Assembly (NCBI RefSeq): GCF_964213995.1
Contig: NC_135805.1
Span: 145,824,001 to 145,888,000, forward strand
DNA from: Mustelus asterias
Lineage: Eukaryota
Direction of reading: 5' to 3'
Length of the DNA stretch: 64,000 nucleotides
The position numbers were made by a program, and so were the translations under genes. The notes beneath the pieces are model-generated. The model did no database searches and was not told the origin of the DNA. It saw nothing but the letters and a program-made list of their open reading frames with translations. This document shows positions 27,310 to 42,484 of this stretch, piece by piece (positions within the stretch are counted from its first letter, which is position 1; each line of letters begins with the position of its first letter).

Positions 27310-30300
27310 TCTTAATTCCTTTACTGTTCAAAAATGTATCTATCCTTGCCTTAAAAACATTCAATGAGGTGGCCTCAACTGCTTCACTGGGTAGGGAATT
27401 TCACAGATTCACAACCTTTTGTGTAAAGAAGTTCCTCCTCAACTCAGTCCTAACTCTGCTTCCCCTTATTTTGAGGCCATGCCCCCTAGTTCTAGTTTTG
27501 CCTGCCAGTGGAAACAACTTCCCTGCTTCTATCTTATCTATTCCCTTCATAATCTTACATGTTTCAATGAAATCTCACCTCATTCTTCTGAATTGCAATG
27601 AGTATAGCCCCAGTCTACTCAGTCTCTCCTCATAAGCCAACCCTCTCAACTCTGGAATCAACCGAGTGAATCTCCTCTGTACCCCTTTCATTGCCAGTAT
27701 ATCCTTTCTCAAGTAAAGAGACCAAAACTGTACACAGTACTCCAGGTGTGGCCTCACCAGCACCTTATACAACTGCAACATAATCTCGCTGTTTTTAAAC
27801 TCCATCCCTCTCGCAATGAAGGGCAAAATTCCATCTGCCTTCTTAATTACCTGCTGCACCTGCAAACCAACGCTTTGTGATTCCTGCACAATGACACCCA
27901 GGTCCCTCTGCACAGCAGCATGCTGCAATTTTTTACCATTTAAATAATAGTCCATTTTGCTGTTACTCCTATCAAAATGGATGACCTCACATTTACCAAC
28001 ATTGTACTCCATCTGCAGACCCTTGCCCACTCAAACTATCTATATCCCTTTGCAGACTTTCAATGTCCTCTGTACACTTTGCTTTGCCACTCATCTTCGT
28101 GTTATCAGCGAATTTTGACACACTACACTTGGTTCCCAACTCCAAATCATCTATGGAAATCATTAACAATGTTGGTCCCAACACTGATCCCTGAGGCACA
28201 CCACTTGTCACTGATCGCCAACCAAAAAAACACCCATTTACCCCCACTCTTTGCTTTCTGTTAGTTAAGCAATCCTCTATCCATGCTAATATATTACCCG
28301 TAACACTGTGCACCTTTATTTTATGCAGCAGCATTTGTACGGCACCTTGTCAAATGCCTTCTGGAAATCCAGATACACCACACCCACAGTACTCCATTGT
28401 CCACCGCACATGTAATATTCTCAAAGAAATCCACCACATTAGTCAAACATGACCTTCCCTTCATGAACCCATGCTGCGTCTTTCCAATGGGACAATTTAT
28501 ATTCAGGTGTCTCGCTATTTCTTCCTTGATGATAGATTCAAGCATTTTCCCTACTACAGAAGTTAAGCTAACCGTACTATAGTTACCCGCTTTTTGTCTG
28601 CCTCCTTTTTTAAACAGTGGGATCACATTTGCTCTTTTCCAATCTCTGGGAACCACCAGAGTCCAGTGAATTTTGATAAATTACCACAAGTGCATTTGCT
28701 ATTTCTCCCGCCATCTCTTTTAGTACCCTGGAATGCATTCCATCAGGACGAGGAGACTTGTCTACCTTTAGCCCCATTAGCTTGTTCAACACTATCTCAT
28801 TCATAATAATGATAGTTTCAAAGTCCTCACCTGTCATAGCCTTCCTGTCATCAATTTTTGGCATGTTATTTATGTCTTCCAGTGTGAAGACAGACACAAA
28901 ATACCTGTTCAATGCCTCCGTCATTTCCTCATTTCCAGTTATTACATCCTCCTTCTCATCCTCTAAAGGACCAATGTTTACTTGAGCCCCTCTTTTTCCT
29001 TTTATATATTTGCAGAATCTTTTGCTATCTGTTTTTATATTCTGAGCTAGTTCACTCTCATAATCCATCTTACTTTTCTTTATAGCTTTTTTCGTGGCTT
29101 TCTGTTGACCTTCAAAGAATCTAGTTTCCCACTAATCCTTGCCACTTTGTACACATTTACTTTTGATATCCTCCTTTATTTCCTTAGATATCCATGGCTA
29201 ATTATCTATTTTTCTACTGTCCATCCTTATCACTGGTATATAATTTTGCTGAGCACTGTAAAAAATTGCTTTGAAAGTCCTCCACTGTTCCTCAATTATC
29301 CCACCATAAAGTTTTTGCTCCCAGTCTACCTTAGCCAACTCCTCCCTCATTCCATTGTAGCCTCCTTTTTTTAAGCACAAGACACTGGTCTTGGACTTTA
29401 TCTTGTCACGCTCCATCTGTGATGGCTTCTTCCGAGAGGATCCCTAATTGTAAGATCGTTAATTATTTCTTTCTCATTGCACAGGACCAGATCTAGGACA
29501 GCTTGCTCCCGCATAGGTTCCATTACATACTGTTCAAGGAAGCTATCGTGGATACATTCTATGAACTCCTCCTTAATTCTGCCTTGACTGACCTGGTTTG
29601 ACCAATCAATATGTAGATTAAAATCCCTCATGATAATTGTTGTACAGTTTTATATGCATGACTTATTTCCTTGTTTATTTCTCCCCCCACCGTGATGGTA
29701 TTATTTGGTGGCCTATAGCCTCCACCTATCAGTGACTTTTTCTCCTTACTATTTCTAATTTCCACCCAAATCCATTCAACCTTTTTTCCATAGAAACTAT
29801 ATCATCTCTCACCACCGCCCTGATGTCATCCTTAAATATCAGAGCTACACCACCTCCCTTACCTTCCTGTCTGTCCACCCAAACAGTCTGATATCCCTCG
29901 ATATTTAACTCCCAGTCATGACCATCCTGCAACCATGTCTCTGTCATGGCCACCAAATCACACTCATTCATGATGATTTGAGCCGTCAACTCATTTATCT
30001 TGTTTCAAATGCTACGAGCATTCAGATAAAGTGCACTTATGCTAGTTTGTATACCTTATTTTTGAATTCCTCAATTAATAACATCTCCTGAGTTCTCCTT
30101 CCTTTTAACTTCTTTCCTGATTTTTGATGTAGTTGGAACCTTCTCCCCACATACTAACCTGTTGCTTTGCTTTCTATTATCAGTTATATTTCCTGTACTT
30201 TTACTCTTCACTTCCCCCCAGCTTGCAAGTTTAAAGTCCCTGTTTATCCTTTTTGCGAGAACACTGGTCCCAGATCACTTCAGGTGGAGACCGTCCCAAT

Positions 30301-31021
30301 GGTACAGATCCCTCGTGTTCCAATATCGATACCAATTCCCCATGAAATGAAACTCCTCTTTCCCCAACCATTCCTTTAGCCATGTGTTAACTTCTGTAAT
30401 ACTCTCAACCTGATGCTAATTCGCATGTGGCTCGAGTAGTGATCCAATTTCTATAACCCTTTACGGCCTGTTCTTTAATTTAGTTCCGAGTGCTTCATAG
30501 TCCCCAAACAGGTCCTCTCTCCAAGTCTTGCCAATGTTGTTTGTCCCAAAATGGACCACAACAACTGCATCTTCCCCTTCCCACTCCAATATCCTTTCAA
30601 GCTGGTCAGAGATGTTCCTCACCCTGACACCAGACGGGCAACATACTATGTGGCACTCACAATCTGACTTACAAAGGATGCTATCAATCCCCCTAATTAT
30701 GGAATTCCCAACAACTACCAATTGTCTTTTTGCTCCCCCCTCTTGAATGGCCTCCTGTATCACGGTGCAGTGTTCAGCTGGTTCATCCTCCTGACAACAC
30801 TTTCTCTCATCCACACAGGGAGCAAGTACTTCATACCTGTTGGACAAGATAAAGAGCTGAAGCTCCTCAGTTCCTGAATTCAGGATCCCCCTACCTGCCT
30901 CACTTGCAGTCACAACCTGCTGTCCCTGACCACTGACCAAATTAGAGGTACCTAATCTACCGGGTGCATCCGCCTCCTGAAACAAAGTGTTCAGGTGCTC
31001 CTGCTCCAACTGCTCATCCAA
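27310..31021 (-). mobile_element. CR1 LINE with ORF1 (SGNH esterase-like) and degenerate ORF2
   Basis: ORF1 VVVGNSIIRGID...VVVHFGTNNIG; ORF2 AMTETWL, SGVPQGSVLGP, KFADNTK. Confidence 0.95.
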
Positions 31022-31144
31022 ATGATCCTTCCCCTTACCTTAAGTCGATGCTTCCTGGTTATTGACCCTTCCACTAAGGGAAAGAATTCATTCCTATCTA
31101 TCATCCCTTCTCTAAGGAAAACAATCCCTGCATAATCAGCCTCC

Positions 31145-31338
31145 CAAAGATGTGCGGGTTAGGTCGATTGGCCAGGTTAAAAAAAATTGCCCCTTAGAGT
31201 CCTGGGATGCGTAGGTTAGAGGGATTAGCGGGTAAAATATGTGGGATTAGGGCCTGGGTGGGATTGTGGTCGGTGCAGGCTCGATGGGCCGAATGGCCTC
31301 CTTCTGCACTGTAGGGTTTCTATGATTTCTATGATTTC
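31145..31338 (+). mobile_element. HE1-like SINE 3' half
   Basis: GATGTGCGGGTTAGG...GGGCCGAATGGCCTCC...(TTCTATGA)n. Confidence 0.8.
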
Positions 31339-31399
31339 ACAGCTCCAGCCCAGGCAACATCCAGGTGAATCTCCACTGCACCCTCTCTAGTGCAATTAA

Positions 31400-32560
31400 G
31401 TGGAAACTAGAAGAAGGAATAGGCCATTCGGCCCTTCAAGCCTGCTCTGCTATTCATTTTGATCATGGCTTTTCATCAAATTAAATATCCTGATCCCCAC
31501 TTCCCCCCATTGTGTTTCATCCCTGTAACCCCAAGAGCTGTATCTAACCTCTTATTGAAATCAGACAACATTTTAGCCTCAACTACTTTCTGTGGAAGTG
31601 AATTCCACATATTCACCACCCTCTCGGTGAAGAAATTTCTCCTCAACTCAATTCTAAAAGCTTTACTCCTTATCCTCAAACTATGACTTCTAGTTGTGGA
31701 CTCCTCCATCATTAGGAACATTCTTTCTGAATCTACACTGTCTAACGCTGTGAGAATTTTATAATTGCTGCGAGATCCCCTCTCACTCTTCTAAGTTCCA
31801 GTGAATATAATAATACATGACACAGTCTCTCCTCATATAATAGACATGGCATCCCAGAAATCAGCCTGGTAAACCTTTGCTGTACTCCCTCTATAGCAAG
31901 GATATCCTCCTTCAGATGAGGACACCAAAACTGTACACAATACTCCAGGTTTGGTCTCACCAACGCCCTGTACAATTGCACCGATCCATCCCTATCCCGA
32001 TACTCAAATCCTAATGCTATGAAGGTCAACATACCATTTGCCTTCTTTACTGCCTGCTGTACCAACGTGCTTACTTTCAGCGACAGATGCACAAGGACAC
32101 CAAGGTCTTGCTGAGAATCCACCTCTTTAAATTTACACTCATTCAAGTAATAATCTGTCTTCTTATTATTGCTAACAAAGTGCATAAACTCACATTTATC
32201 CTTATCATACTGTATCTGCCATGCACTTGCCCACACATGCAGCCTGTCCAAATCACGTTGACGCATCTCTGCATCCTCCTCACAGCTCATCTCCCACTCA
32301 ACTATGCATCATCTGCAAATCTGGAGATAATACATTCAATCCCCTCTTCCAACTCTTTAATATATAATGTGAACAATTGGAGTCCTGGCATGGATCGCTG
32401 CAGAATGCCACTCTTCACTGACTTCCAATCAGAAAAGGACGCATTAATGCCAACTCTTTCCTTCCTATCTGCTCACCAGCTTTCTATCCATCTCAAGACA
32501 TAACCTGCAATCTCATGTGCTTAAATTTTACACGGTAGTCTGCTATGTGGAACCTTGTCA
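31400..32560 (-). mobile_element. CR1 LINE 3' part (paralog of 10540-11712)
   Basis: KFADDA, LVRPNLEYCVQFW, RRNFFTERVVNMWNSLP. Confidence 0.9.
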
Positions 32561-32719
32561 AAATCTAGGACTCTACCATTTTTCACCTTTTCCCAATTTT
32601 AAGTTGAATTCAGCAGATAAATCCCCGAGGTTCACAGACTCCCCTCGTATAAGCACACCCCGATATACACATTTCCTTATTTTAGACACACCACTGTTAT
32701 AATCATTCCTCTGATTTAT

Positions 32720-33450
32720 ACACGCCACTGGTTCACACATTCTCCTGGTTTACACACTCCTCTGCTTTACACATTCCCCTACTTTACACACTCCCCTGGT
32801 TTACTCACTCCCCTGGTTTACTCACTCCCCTGGTTTACTCACTCCCCTGGTTTACTCACTCCCCTGGTTTACACAATCCCCTGGTTTGCATGCTCCCCGA
32901 GTTTACCCCCCCCCTCCCCCTCCCCCCACCCCCCAACCCCGCCCCCCGCCTTCCCGGTTTACACACTCCTCTGGTTTACACACTCCCCTGGATTAACACT
33001 CCCCTGGTTTAATTACTCCCCTGCTTTGCACACTCCCCTGGTTTGCGCTCACCCCTGTTTTGCACACTCCTCTTGTTTGTGGACTCCCCTGGTTTGTGCA
33101 CTCCCCTGGTTTGTGCACTCCCCTGGTTTGCGCACTCCCCTGGTTTGTGCACTCCCCTGGTTTGCGCACTCCCCTGGTTTGTGCACTCCCCTGGTTTGCG
33201 CACTCCCCTGGTTTGCGCACTCCCCTGGTTTGCGCACTCCCCTGGTTTGCGCACTCCCCTGGTTTGCGCACTCATCAGGTTTGTGCACGTCTCACGTTTA
33301 CTCACTCCCCTGATTTGAACATTCCCCTGTTTTGCACACTCCCCGGGTTTGCACACTCCCCTCATTTACTCACTCCCCTGGTTTCTGCACTCCCCTGCTT
33401 TCTTCCCTCCTATGGCTTCTGCACTAACTGCTTTGCGCACTCCCCTGTTT
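32720..33450. repeat. 17-bp minisatellite (ACTCCCCTGGTTTGCGC)n with an internal C-rich tract
   Basis: Direct tandem units; 17-aa periodicity in the ORFs of all frames. Confidence 0.95.
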
Positions 33451-33454
33451 GTGC

Positions 33455-34268
<814 letters not shown>

Positions 34269-34611
34269 ATCACTCCCTGTTTTTACACACTCTCCTGGTT
34301 TTAAACACTCCCCTGCTCTCCAAAGTCAACTGGTGCACACAATCTCCTGATTTATGAAGTCCCCTACTTTGATCTGTTTCCAAAGCAATTCTATCCCCCG
34401 TTGAGGACCATATGCTTGGGCCACAGTTATGCATTGTGATATGTATGTATTCTAATGCTGTAGTCATACCACACCTGACATCCTCAGATGATGCATGTGT
34501 TAGTGACAGAGCCATGGAGTGTTACACAATGGAAACAGGCCCTTCAGCCCAAGGTGTCCATGCCACCCAGTTTGTGTGATAGTGTCCTTCATTCTGTTAT
34601 TGACACGGAGT

Positions 34612-35531
34612 TCAGTAATGGATTATACTGTTGCCTCACAGAGCCAGGGATACAGGAGCAATTCCCAGCTTCGGTCACTGTCTGTGTGGATTTTGAATGT
34701 TCTCCCTGTGTCGGCGTGGGATTACTTTGGGTATTCTTGTTTCCTCCCACAGTCCAAAGGGCATGCTGTTTAAATGCATTGGTAATGCTAAATTACCCCT
34801 CAATGTACCTAAAGAGGGACCGGAGTGTGGTAACAAGGGGATTTTCACAGAAACTTCACGTGTAATGTTAGCATTCATGTCAAGAGGGCGAGAATACAAA
34901 AACAGGGATGTACTTCCGAGGCTGTATAAAGCTCTGGTCAGACACCACTTGGAGTATCGTGAGCAGTTTTAGGCCCCATATCTAAGGAAGAATGTGTTGG
35001 CCTTGGAAAGGGTCCAGGGGAGGTTTACAAGAAGTATCCCTCAAATGAAGAGCTTGTCGTATGAGGAATGGTTGAGGACTCTGGATTTGTACTCGTTGGA
35101 GTTTAGAAGGTTGAGGGGGATCTTATTGAAAGTTATAGGACACTGCGAGGCCTAGATAGAGTTGCCGTGGAGAGGATGTTTCCACGAGTAGGAAAAACTA
35201 GAAACAGAAGGCACAGATTTAGGCTACAGGTACGATCCTTTAAAACAGAGATGAGGAGGAATTTCTTCAGCCAGAGAGTAGTGAATCTGTGGATCTCTTT
35301 GCCGCGAACGTTGTGGTGGCCAGGTCATTGAATGTTGTTAAGACAGAGATAGATAGGTTCTTGATTAATAAGGGGATCCAGGGTTATGGGGAAAAGGCAG
35401 AAGAATGGGGATGAGAAAAATACCAGCCATGATTGAATGATGGAGGAGACTCAATGAGCTGAGTGGCCTAATTCTGCTCCTATGTCTTATGGTCTTAGTG
35501 CAGTGTTGATGTAAGCCTACTAATAAATAAA
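34612..35531 (+). mobile_element. SINE split by a CR1 3' end (about 34862-35497)
   Basis: The SINE tail ...AACTTCA|...|TGCAGTGTTGATGTAAGCCTAC resumes after the CR1 tail. Confidence 0.8.
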
Positions 35532-36689
35532 CCTATCTTCCACTTAATGTTCAATGTTCATTCTCCCATTGTCACCCTTACTACCTTTATTTATCTCCCG
35601 TTTAATCCCTCCATCTCCCTCCAAATTTATACCTTTGTCTTTCTCTGTGAATTCCTCATTCTTTCTCTAACTCTGTCTGGCTCTATCCCCCTGTTTCTCT
35701 TTTCTCCATCTCCCTCTCAATAAGTCTCATCATCTCTCTTTGTCTCTGGCTATGTGTCTCCCCATCTCTCTCTCTCTCTCATTTGCAGTATGTTACTGCG
35801 TGCGGTTTGGACAAAACGATGACATGTGTAACACTGACATGCACTGTGAACACTGCTGCCGTGTTGTGGATGAGACGGTTCCTGTCCCGTTTCCTCAGAA
35901 TGTCCTGGTCCATGATTTTATCTTTAGTTTTTAAATCTGTAGTTCAGTTCTGAATGGTCAGAGTTTGCCTTTGACTGTCAGCAACCCCAGTATCAGCGGC
36001 AATGGGATTATTCCTTAACTGGACGTCCCTGCTGTTTGAGTTCAGGGTTTAGTGTTCCTGAGCAGTGGAAGAGGATAAACTCAAACTGGAAAATCTCGAG
36101 TTTTAGTGAAGAGATCATTTGTATTTTCACCTTGAAGAAAGATGCACGATCAGAGTAATTTCATGAAAACGCATCTGATTGGCTGTTGCTGGGGAGTGAG
36201 GTGAACACAATATGTGGGGCAGGAAATACAGAGAAATTAACAAAGTGAAGGGAGGATTTACAATTACCCAAAAGAACAGGGAAAAGCGTGGAAGAGAGGG
36301 GCAATATGCCCTGGGAAGTTTAAATTGCGAAATCATTTTAGCCTGGGATTGTGTAGATGTGAATATTGTGCAGGAGAGAGTGTGTGATAGGGGCGGGGGA
36401 ACCAGGAGAACATCACTGTGTTTGTGTGTCCGTTCAGATTGTGAGATCTCCGCATCATTCCTGTGTAAAATAAAAATATTTTTCAATCAAATTCTCCCCC
36501 TGTATCCCTCCTACTTCTCAAAGTTAGATTTCAATGCAATTTCCATTTCGGTTTCCAACTTTCAGTCGAAAAGTGAGGAAGATGACAGCGATGGGGTGAG
36601 AGAGCGCGAACAGTACAGCAGCGAAACGGGATTTAATCCCAAATGCAGCCTTCAATCCGGGTGAAATATTTTCAGGAACAGACATTAGG

Positions 36690-37202
36690 ATGTCAGACAC
36701 AATGAGGATTGAAAGCAACAGGTCCCAGATCGTGGCGGAATGCAAGAATCGCAAGGGGATCTCCGCTGCCGCCATCAAGAAGGCGCTGCGGAGCAAAGGG
36801 GTGAATGTGGTGAAACGGGTGGCCCAGATCAGGCAAAGTTTAAGGAGGAATGTGGAAAATGGAAAGCTGATTCAGCACAGTGGTACTGGCGCCTCCGGCT
36901 CCTACAGACTCGCTCAGAAAACAGCGGAGCGGAAAACTGTAAAGAAGGTAAAGATAGGTGCGGCCAGGAAAACCCCAGTGAAGAAAGCGGTGGCCAAGAA
37001 AGCAACAAAGAAACCGGCAACAATGAAACCCACAGCGAAGAAAACAGTCAAGAAAGCAATCAAGGCGACAATTCCAAAAAAGAGCGTGAACAAAGCATCC
37101 CCCAAGAAAAAGATTGTTGTGAAGAAGGTCACGAAGGGAAAGACATTAAAAGCCAAACCCAAAGCGGCTGCAGCAAAGTCTAAGAAAGCAGGGAAGAAGT
37201 GA
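36690..37202 (+). CDS. H1: Linker histone H1, 5'-truncated or chimeric (possible pseudogene)
   Basis: RKGISAAAIKKAL...GTGASGSYRL globular core and K/A/P-rich tail; lacks the N-tail and the start of helix 1. Confidence 0.75.
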   Translation: MSDTMRIESNRSQIVAECKNRKGISAAAIKKALRSKGVNVVKRVAQIRQSLRRNVENGKLIQHSGTGASGSYRLAQKTAERKTVKKVKIGAARKTPVKKAVAKKATKKPATMKPTAKKTVKKAIKATIPKKSVNKASPKKKIVVKKVTKGKTLKAKPKAAAAKSKKAGKK

Positions 37203-37238
37203 AATACGCCGAGCAAATCCTAAACCTCTAAACCCAAA

Positions 37239-37254
37239 GGGTCTTCTCAGAGCC
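37239..37254 (+). terminator. H1 3' stem-loop (variant)
   Basis: GGGTCTTCTCAGAGCC-ACCCA with a G-G mismatch at stem pair 3; HDE-like AATGAGCTG downstream. Confidence 0.8.
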
Positions 37255-37887
37255 ACCCACCTCTCTCAGGAATGAGCTGAACTCCCCGCGGTCAATGAAT
37301 CGCTGTCCCGGCGCTGGGAGCAGATTTCAGATAGAAATGTCAATCCAATATTCCCGCTCACTCGCTGACATGTTCTAGACCCGGACCCCCCTCACACTCT
37401 GCACTCAAACACAGGGATGTTGCTGCCTCTCCCTGACCCTGGAATGGCTCCAGGGGAACACACACTTTGTGTTAGTTTCTTTATTCACAGATTCAGGGTG
37501 TGGGTTAAAAGGAATCCTCGTGGAGAAAGCCCACCTCACAACTCAAACCACAAACACATTTTATCAGCTGGGGGAGATGTAAATAAAATGCTCAATCCGT
37601 CTGGGAGAGGAGTTGTCGGGAATGGAAGAGGAGCTGGGATTGAAATGGGAGGAGGCAGTTCGACTGGTTATAGAAAGGATTGCACTGAGGCGGAATGTTA
37701 CTGACAAGTCTGGATTGAATAGACCCGGGTTTCTAACTAGCTTGTATCTGATATTCCAGTTTCTACGTATGTTCCACGCCTCTTTTCAGTTCTGTTTGAA
37801 TTTGAATCTAAAATGTCGGTTCGAGCCGGCAGGAGGAGGAGCTGGATGGTGAAAGACATTTCACTGCTCTGTCTGTCTCTCAGTCTC

Positions 37888-37945
37888 CTCCCCGCCCCGC
37901 CTCTCTCTCTTTCTCAGCCAGGTCGGGGCGAGCTGTATAATAAAG
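37888..37945 (+). promoter_or_regulatory. H4 promoter (GC boxes, CAGGTCGG H4 element, TATAATAAA)
   Basis: Motifs 55-110 bp upstream of the ATG; repeated at about 62848-62913. Confidence 0.75.
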
Positions 37946-37989
37946 GAAGCTGCAGCAGCTCCTCTCTCATTCAGCAGCGATTTGACTGA

Positions 37990-38310
<321 letters not shown>

Positions 38311-39019
38311 ACAAATCCACCCACTTCTCACAAAACCCAAAGGCTCTTTTCAGAGCCGCCCACATCCTCACATTGAGAGCCGTGACTTTGGTACAGAAAC
38401 GTGAATTTTTAAATATCAATGGCTTTAGAAAGAATTGCCATCGCGTAGTGTTTGGAGAGCAGAAAACATAAAGGAGAAAATCTGTCAGACTATAATTGTT
38501 GCTGAGATAATGAATAAATCGTAGCATCTTGGAGTGCGAAAAGAGGTTCTTCGGCGCATCGAGTCTGCACCGAACACAATCCCACTCCGGCCCTGCCTCA
38601 TGCATTCTCCCTCGCTCATCCCTCTGACACTGGACATTTAATACCATTACACGTTGTGTGTGTTTTAAGCTATCTTTCTATTCCATTCCTTCTATCGGTC
38701 TGCAGCAATTCACCTTCCTTCAACAGCTTAAAGCTTGTTTGGGCATTTTTATTCCACAGAATCCCTGCAGTGCAGAAACAGGCCATCCTTCATGGTGAAG
38801 TGTGTGTGTGAGACACTGTTTTGCGCCTATCACTGGGAGTTTGCTCCCAGCCTGTTCTGGCTCTATCACGGAATGAATCTGAATGTGTTCCTGGTGCGAA
38901 GGCTGTGAGGAAAAGTTTGCAGTGAAATTGGCGGTCTTTTTGGCGGTGAATTTTGAAAATCAGGCGCCATCCGAGCTCAGCCAATCAGAGCTGGCAGCCT
39001 GTGGTTGCTATGAGGGTGA

Positions 39020-39541
<522 letters not shown>

Positions 39542-40329
39542 AAATTCATCTCAACCCCCCAACCAAACAAAGGCTCTTTTCAGAGCCACCAAGTCTGTCA
39601 GAAAAAGAGCTGGAGCACTGATTACTTATATGTGGCAAATTTCTTTCATTTTTTTTCAATTAGTAATCAAAGGATTAGCATTATTTGTTTTACAGGAAAA
39701 CTCCCACATTTACACGTAAAACACATTCCTTGGATCCCACTATCGCGTAAGGTCAGATTCATGAATAACGATTTGAAAATGCACACTCAGGCCAGAGACC
39801 TTTTAATGCAGAATTCAATCTACGCTGCCTGGAAGCTGCAGAATGCACCCAATGTTATTTCCAGAGGCGCATATTAAAACACACTCCTGACACTTAACTC
39901 AGAACATCATGGCAGTGAATGAAAGGTCGTAACAACACCAGGTTAAAGTCCAACAGGTTTATTTGGTAGCAAATGCCATTAGTTTTCGGAGCGCTGCTCC
40001 TTTATCAGATGGAGTGGAAATCTGCTCTCAAACAGGGCACAGAGGCACAAAATCAAGTTACAGAATACTGATTAGAATGCAAATCTCTCCAACCAACCAG
40101 GTCTTAAAGATACAGACAACGTGAGTGGAGGGAGCATTAAGCACAGGTTAAAGAGATGTGTATTGTCTCCAGACGGGACAGCCAGTGAGATTCTGAAAGT
40201 CCAGGAGGCAACCTGTGGGGGTTACTGATAGTGTGACATAAACCCAACATCCCGGTTTAGGCCATCCTCGTGTGCGGAACTTGGCTATCCGTTTCTGCTC
40301 AGCGACTCTGTGCTGTCGTCTGTCATGAC

Positions 40330-41086
40330 GAAACAAATTAAAACAAAAACATGCTACTGTGTAAAGGGACCTGGGGGTCCTTGTGCATGAGACGCAAAAG
40401 CCCAGTCTGCAGGTACAACAGGTGATCAAGAAGGCAAATGGGATGTTGGCCTATATTGCGAAGGGGATAGAATATAAAAGCAGGGATGTCTTGATGCACC
40501 TGTACAGGGCATTGGTGAGGCCGCAGCTGGAATACTGTGTGCAGTATTGGTCCTCTTATATGAGGAAGGATATATTGGCATTGGAGGGAGTGCAGAGAAG
40601 GTTCACCAGGTTGATACCGGAGATGAGGGGTTTGGATTATGAGGAGAGGCTGAGGAGATTGGGTTTGTACTCGTTGGAGTTTAGAAGGATGAGGGGGGAT
40701 CTTATGGAGACTTATAAGATAATGCGGGGGCTGGATAGGGTGGAGGCGGAGAGATTCTTTCCACTTAGTAAGGAAGTTAAAACTAGAGGACACAGCCTCA
40801 AAATAAAGGGGGGTCGGTTTAAGACAGAGTTGAGGAGGAACTTCTTCTCTCAGAGGGTGGTGAATCTCTGGAATTCTCTGCCCACTGAGGTGGTGGAGGC
40901 TACCTCGCTGAATATGTTTAAAGCGCGGATGGATGGATTCCTGATCGGTAAGGGAATTAAGGGTTATGGGGATCAGGCGGGTAAGTGGTACTGATCCACG
41001 TCAGATCAGCCATGATCTTATTGAATGGCGGGGCAGGCTCGAGGGGCTAGATGGCCTACTCCTGCTCCTATTTCTTATGTTCTTAT
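40330..41086 (+). mobile_element. Young CR1 3' end nested in the PLE
   Basis: Uninterrupted 203-aa ORF2 C-terminus (40383-40994) and (TTCTTATG)n tail. Confidence 0.92.
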
Positions 41087-42447
41087 GAAGGCCGCCTTGG
41101 AGAACGCTTACCCGAAGATCAGAGGCTGAATGCCTGTGACCGCTGAAGTGCTCCCCCACAGGAAGAGAACAGTCTTGCCTGCTGATTGTCGAGCGGTGTT
41201 CATTCATCCGTTTTCGTAGCGTCTGCATGGTTTCCCCAATGTACCATGCCTCGGGACATCCTTTCCTGCAGCGTATCAGGTAGACAACGTTGGCCGAGTT
41301 GCAAGAGTAGGTACCGTGTACCTGGTAGATGGTGTTCTCACGTGAGATGATGGCATCCGTATCGATGATCCGGCAAGTCTTGCAGAGGTTGCTGTGGCAG
41401 GGTTGTGTAGTGTCGTGGTCACTGTTCTCCTGAATGGAACCAATTCCGGAGAGTAGGCCATGGTGAGTCTGATGGTGGGATGGAACTTGTTGATGTCATC
41501 ATATAGTTGTTTCAGTGATTGTTCACCATGACGCCAAAGGAAGAAAATGTCATCAATGTATCTACCTCCTCAGAAGACAAACACGGGACACGGTGGACAG
41601 AGTACCCTTCGTCGTCCAGTACTTCCCTGGAGCGAAGAAGCTACGGCATCTCCTCCGGATCCTTCAACATGTCATTGATGAAGACGAACATCTCGCCAAG
41701 GCCATCCCCACGCCCCCACTTCTTGCCTTCAAACAACCGCACAACCTCAAACAGACCATTGTCCGTAGCAAACTACCCAGCCTTCAGGAGAACAGTGACC
41801 ACGACACCACACAACCCTGCCACAGCAACCTCTGCAAGACGTGCCAGATCATCGACACGGATGCCATCATCGCACGTGAGAACACCATCTACCAGGTACA
41901 CGGTACCTACTCTTGCAACTCGGCCAACGTTGTTGACCTGATACGCTGCAGGAAAGGATGTCCCGAGGCAGGGTACATTGGGGAAACCATGCAGACGTTA
42001 CGACAACAGACGAATGAACACCACTCGACAATCACCAGGCAAGACTCTTCTCGTCCTGTGGGGGAGCACTTCAGCGGTCACGGGCATTCAGCCTCTGATC
42101 TTCGGGTAAGTGTTCTCCAAGGCGGCCTTCATGACACACGACAGCGCAGAGTCGCTGAGCAGAAACTGATAGCCAAGTTCCGCACACATGAGGACGGCCT
42201 AAACCGGGATGTTGGGTTTACGTCACACTATCAGTAACCCCCCACAGCTTGCAGCCTGGACCTGCAGAATCTCACTGGCTGTCCTGTCTGGAGACAAGAC
42301 ACATCTCTTTAACCTGCGCTTAATGCTCCCTCCACTCACATTGTCTGTATCTTTAAGACCTGGTTGGCTGTCGAGATTCGCATTCTAATCAGTATTCTGT
42401 AACTTGATTTTGTGTCTCTGTGCCCTGTTTGAGAGCAGATTTCCACT

Positions 42448-42484
42448 CCATCTGATGAAGGAGCAGCGCTCCGAAAGCTAATGG
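42448..42484 (+). ncRNA. Minimal type I hammerhead ribozyme motif
   Basis: CCAT-CTGATGA-A-GGAGC-agc-GCTCC-GAAA-GC-TA-ATGG: full catalytic core, stems I and II, palindromic stem III. Confidence 0.8.

Noticed and set aside
32720-33450. CRISPR-like array
   Set aside because: Tandem units with no unique spacers, in a vertebrate context
41515-42237. Stand-alone 240-aa GIY-YIG nuclease gene
   Set aside because: Fragment of the PLE ORF; its first about 16 codons are antisense RT sequence across the inversion breakpoint near 41563
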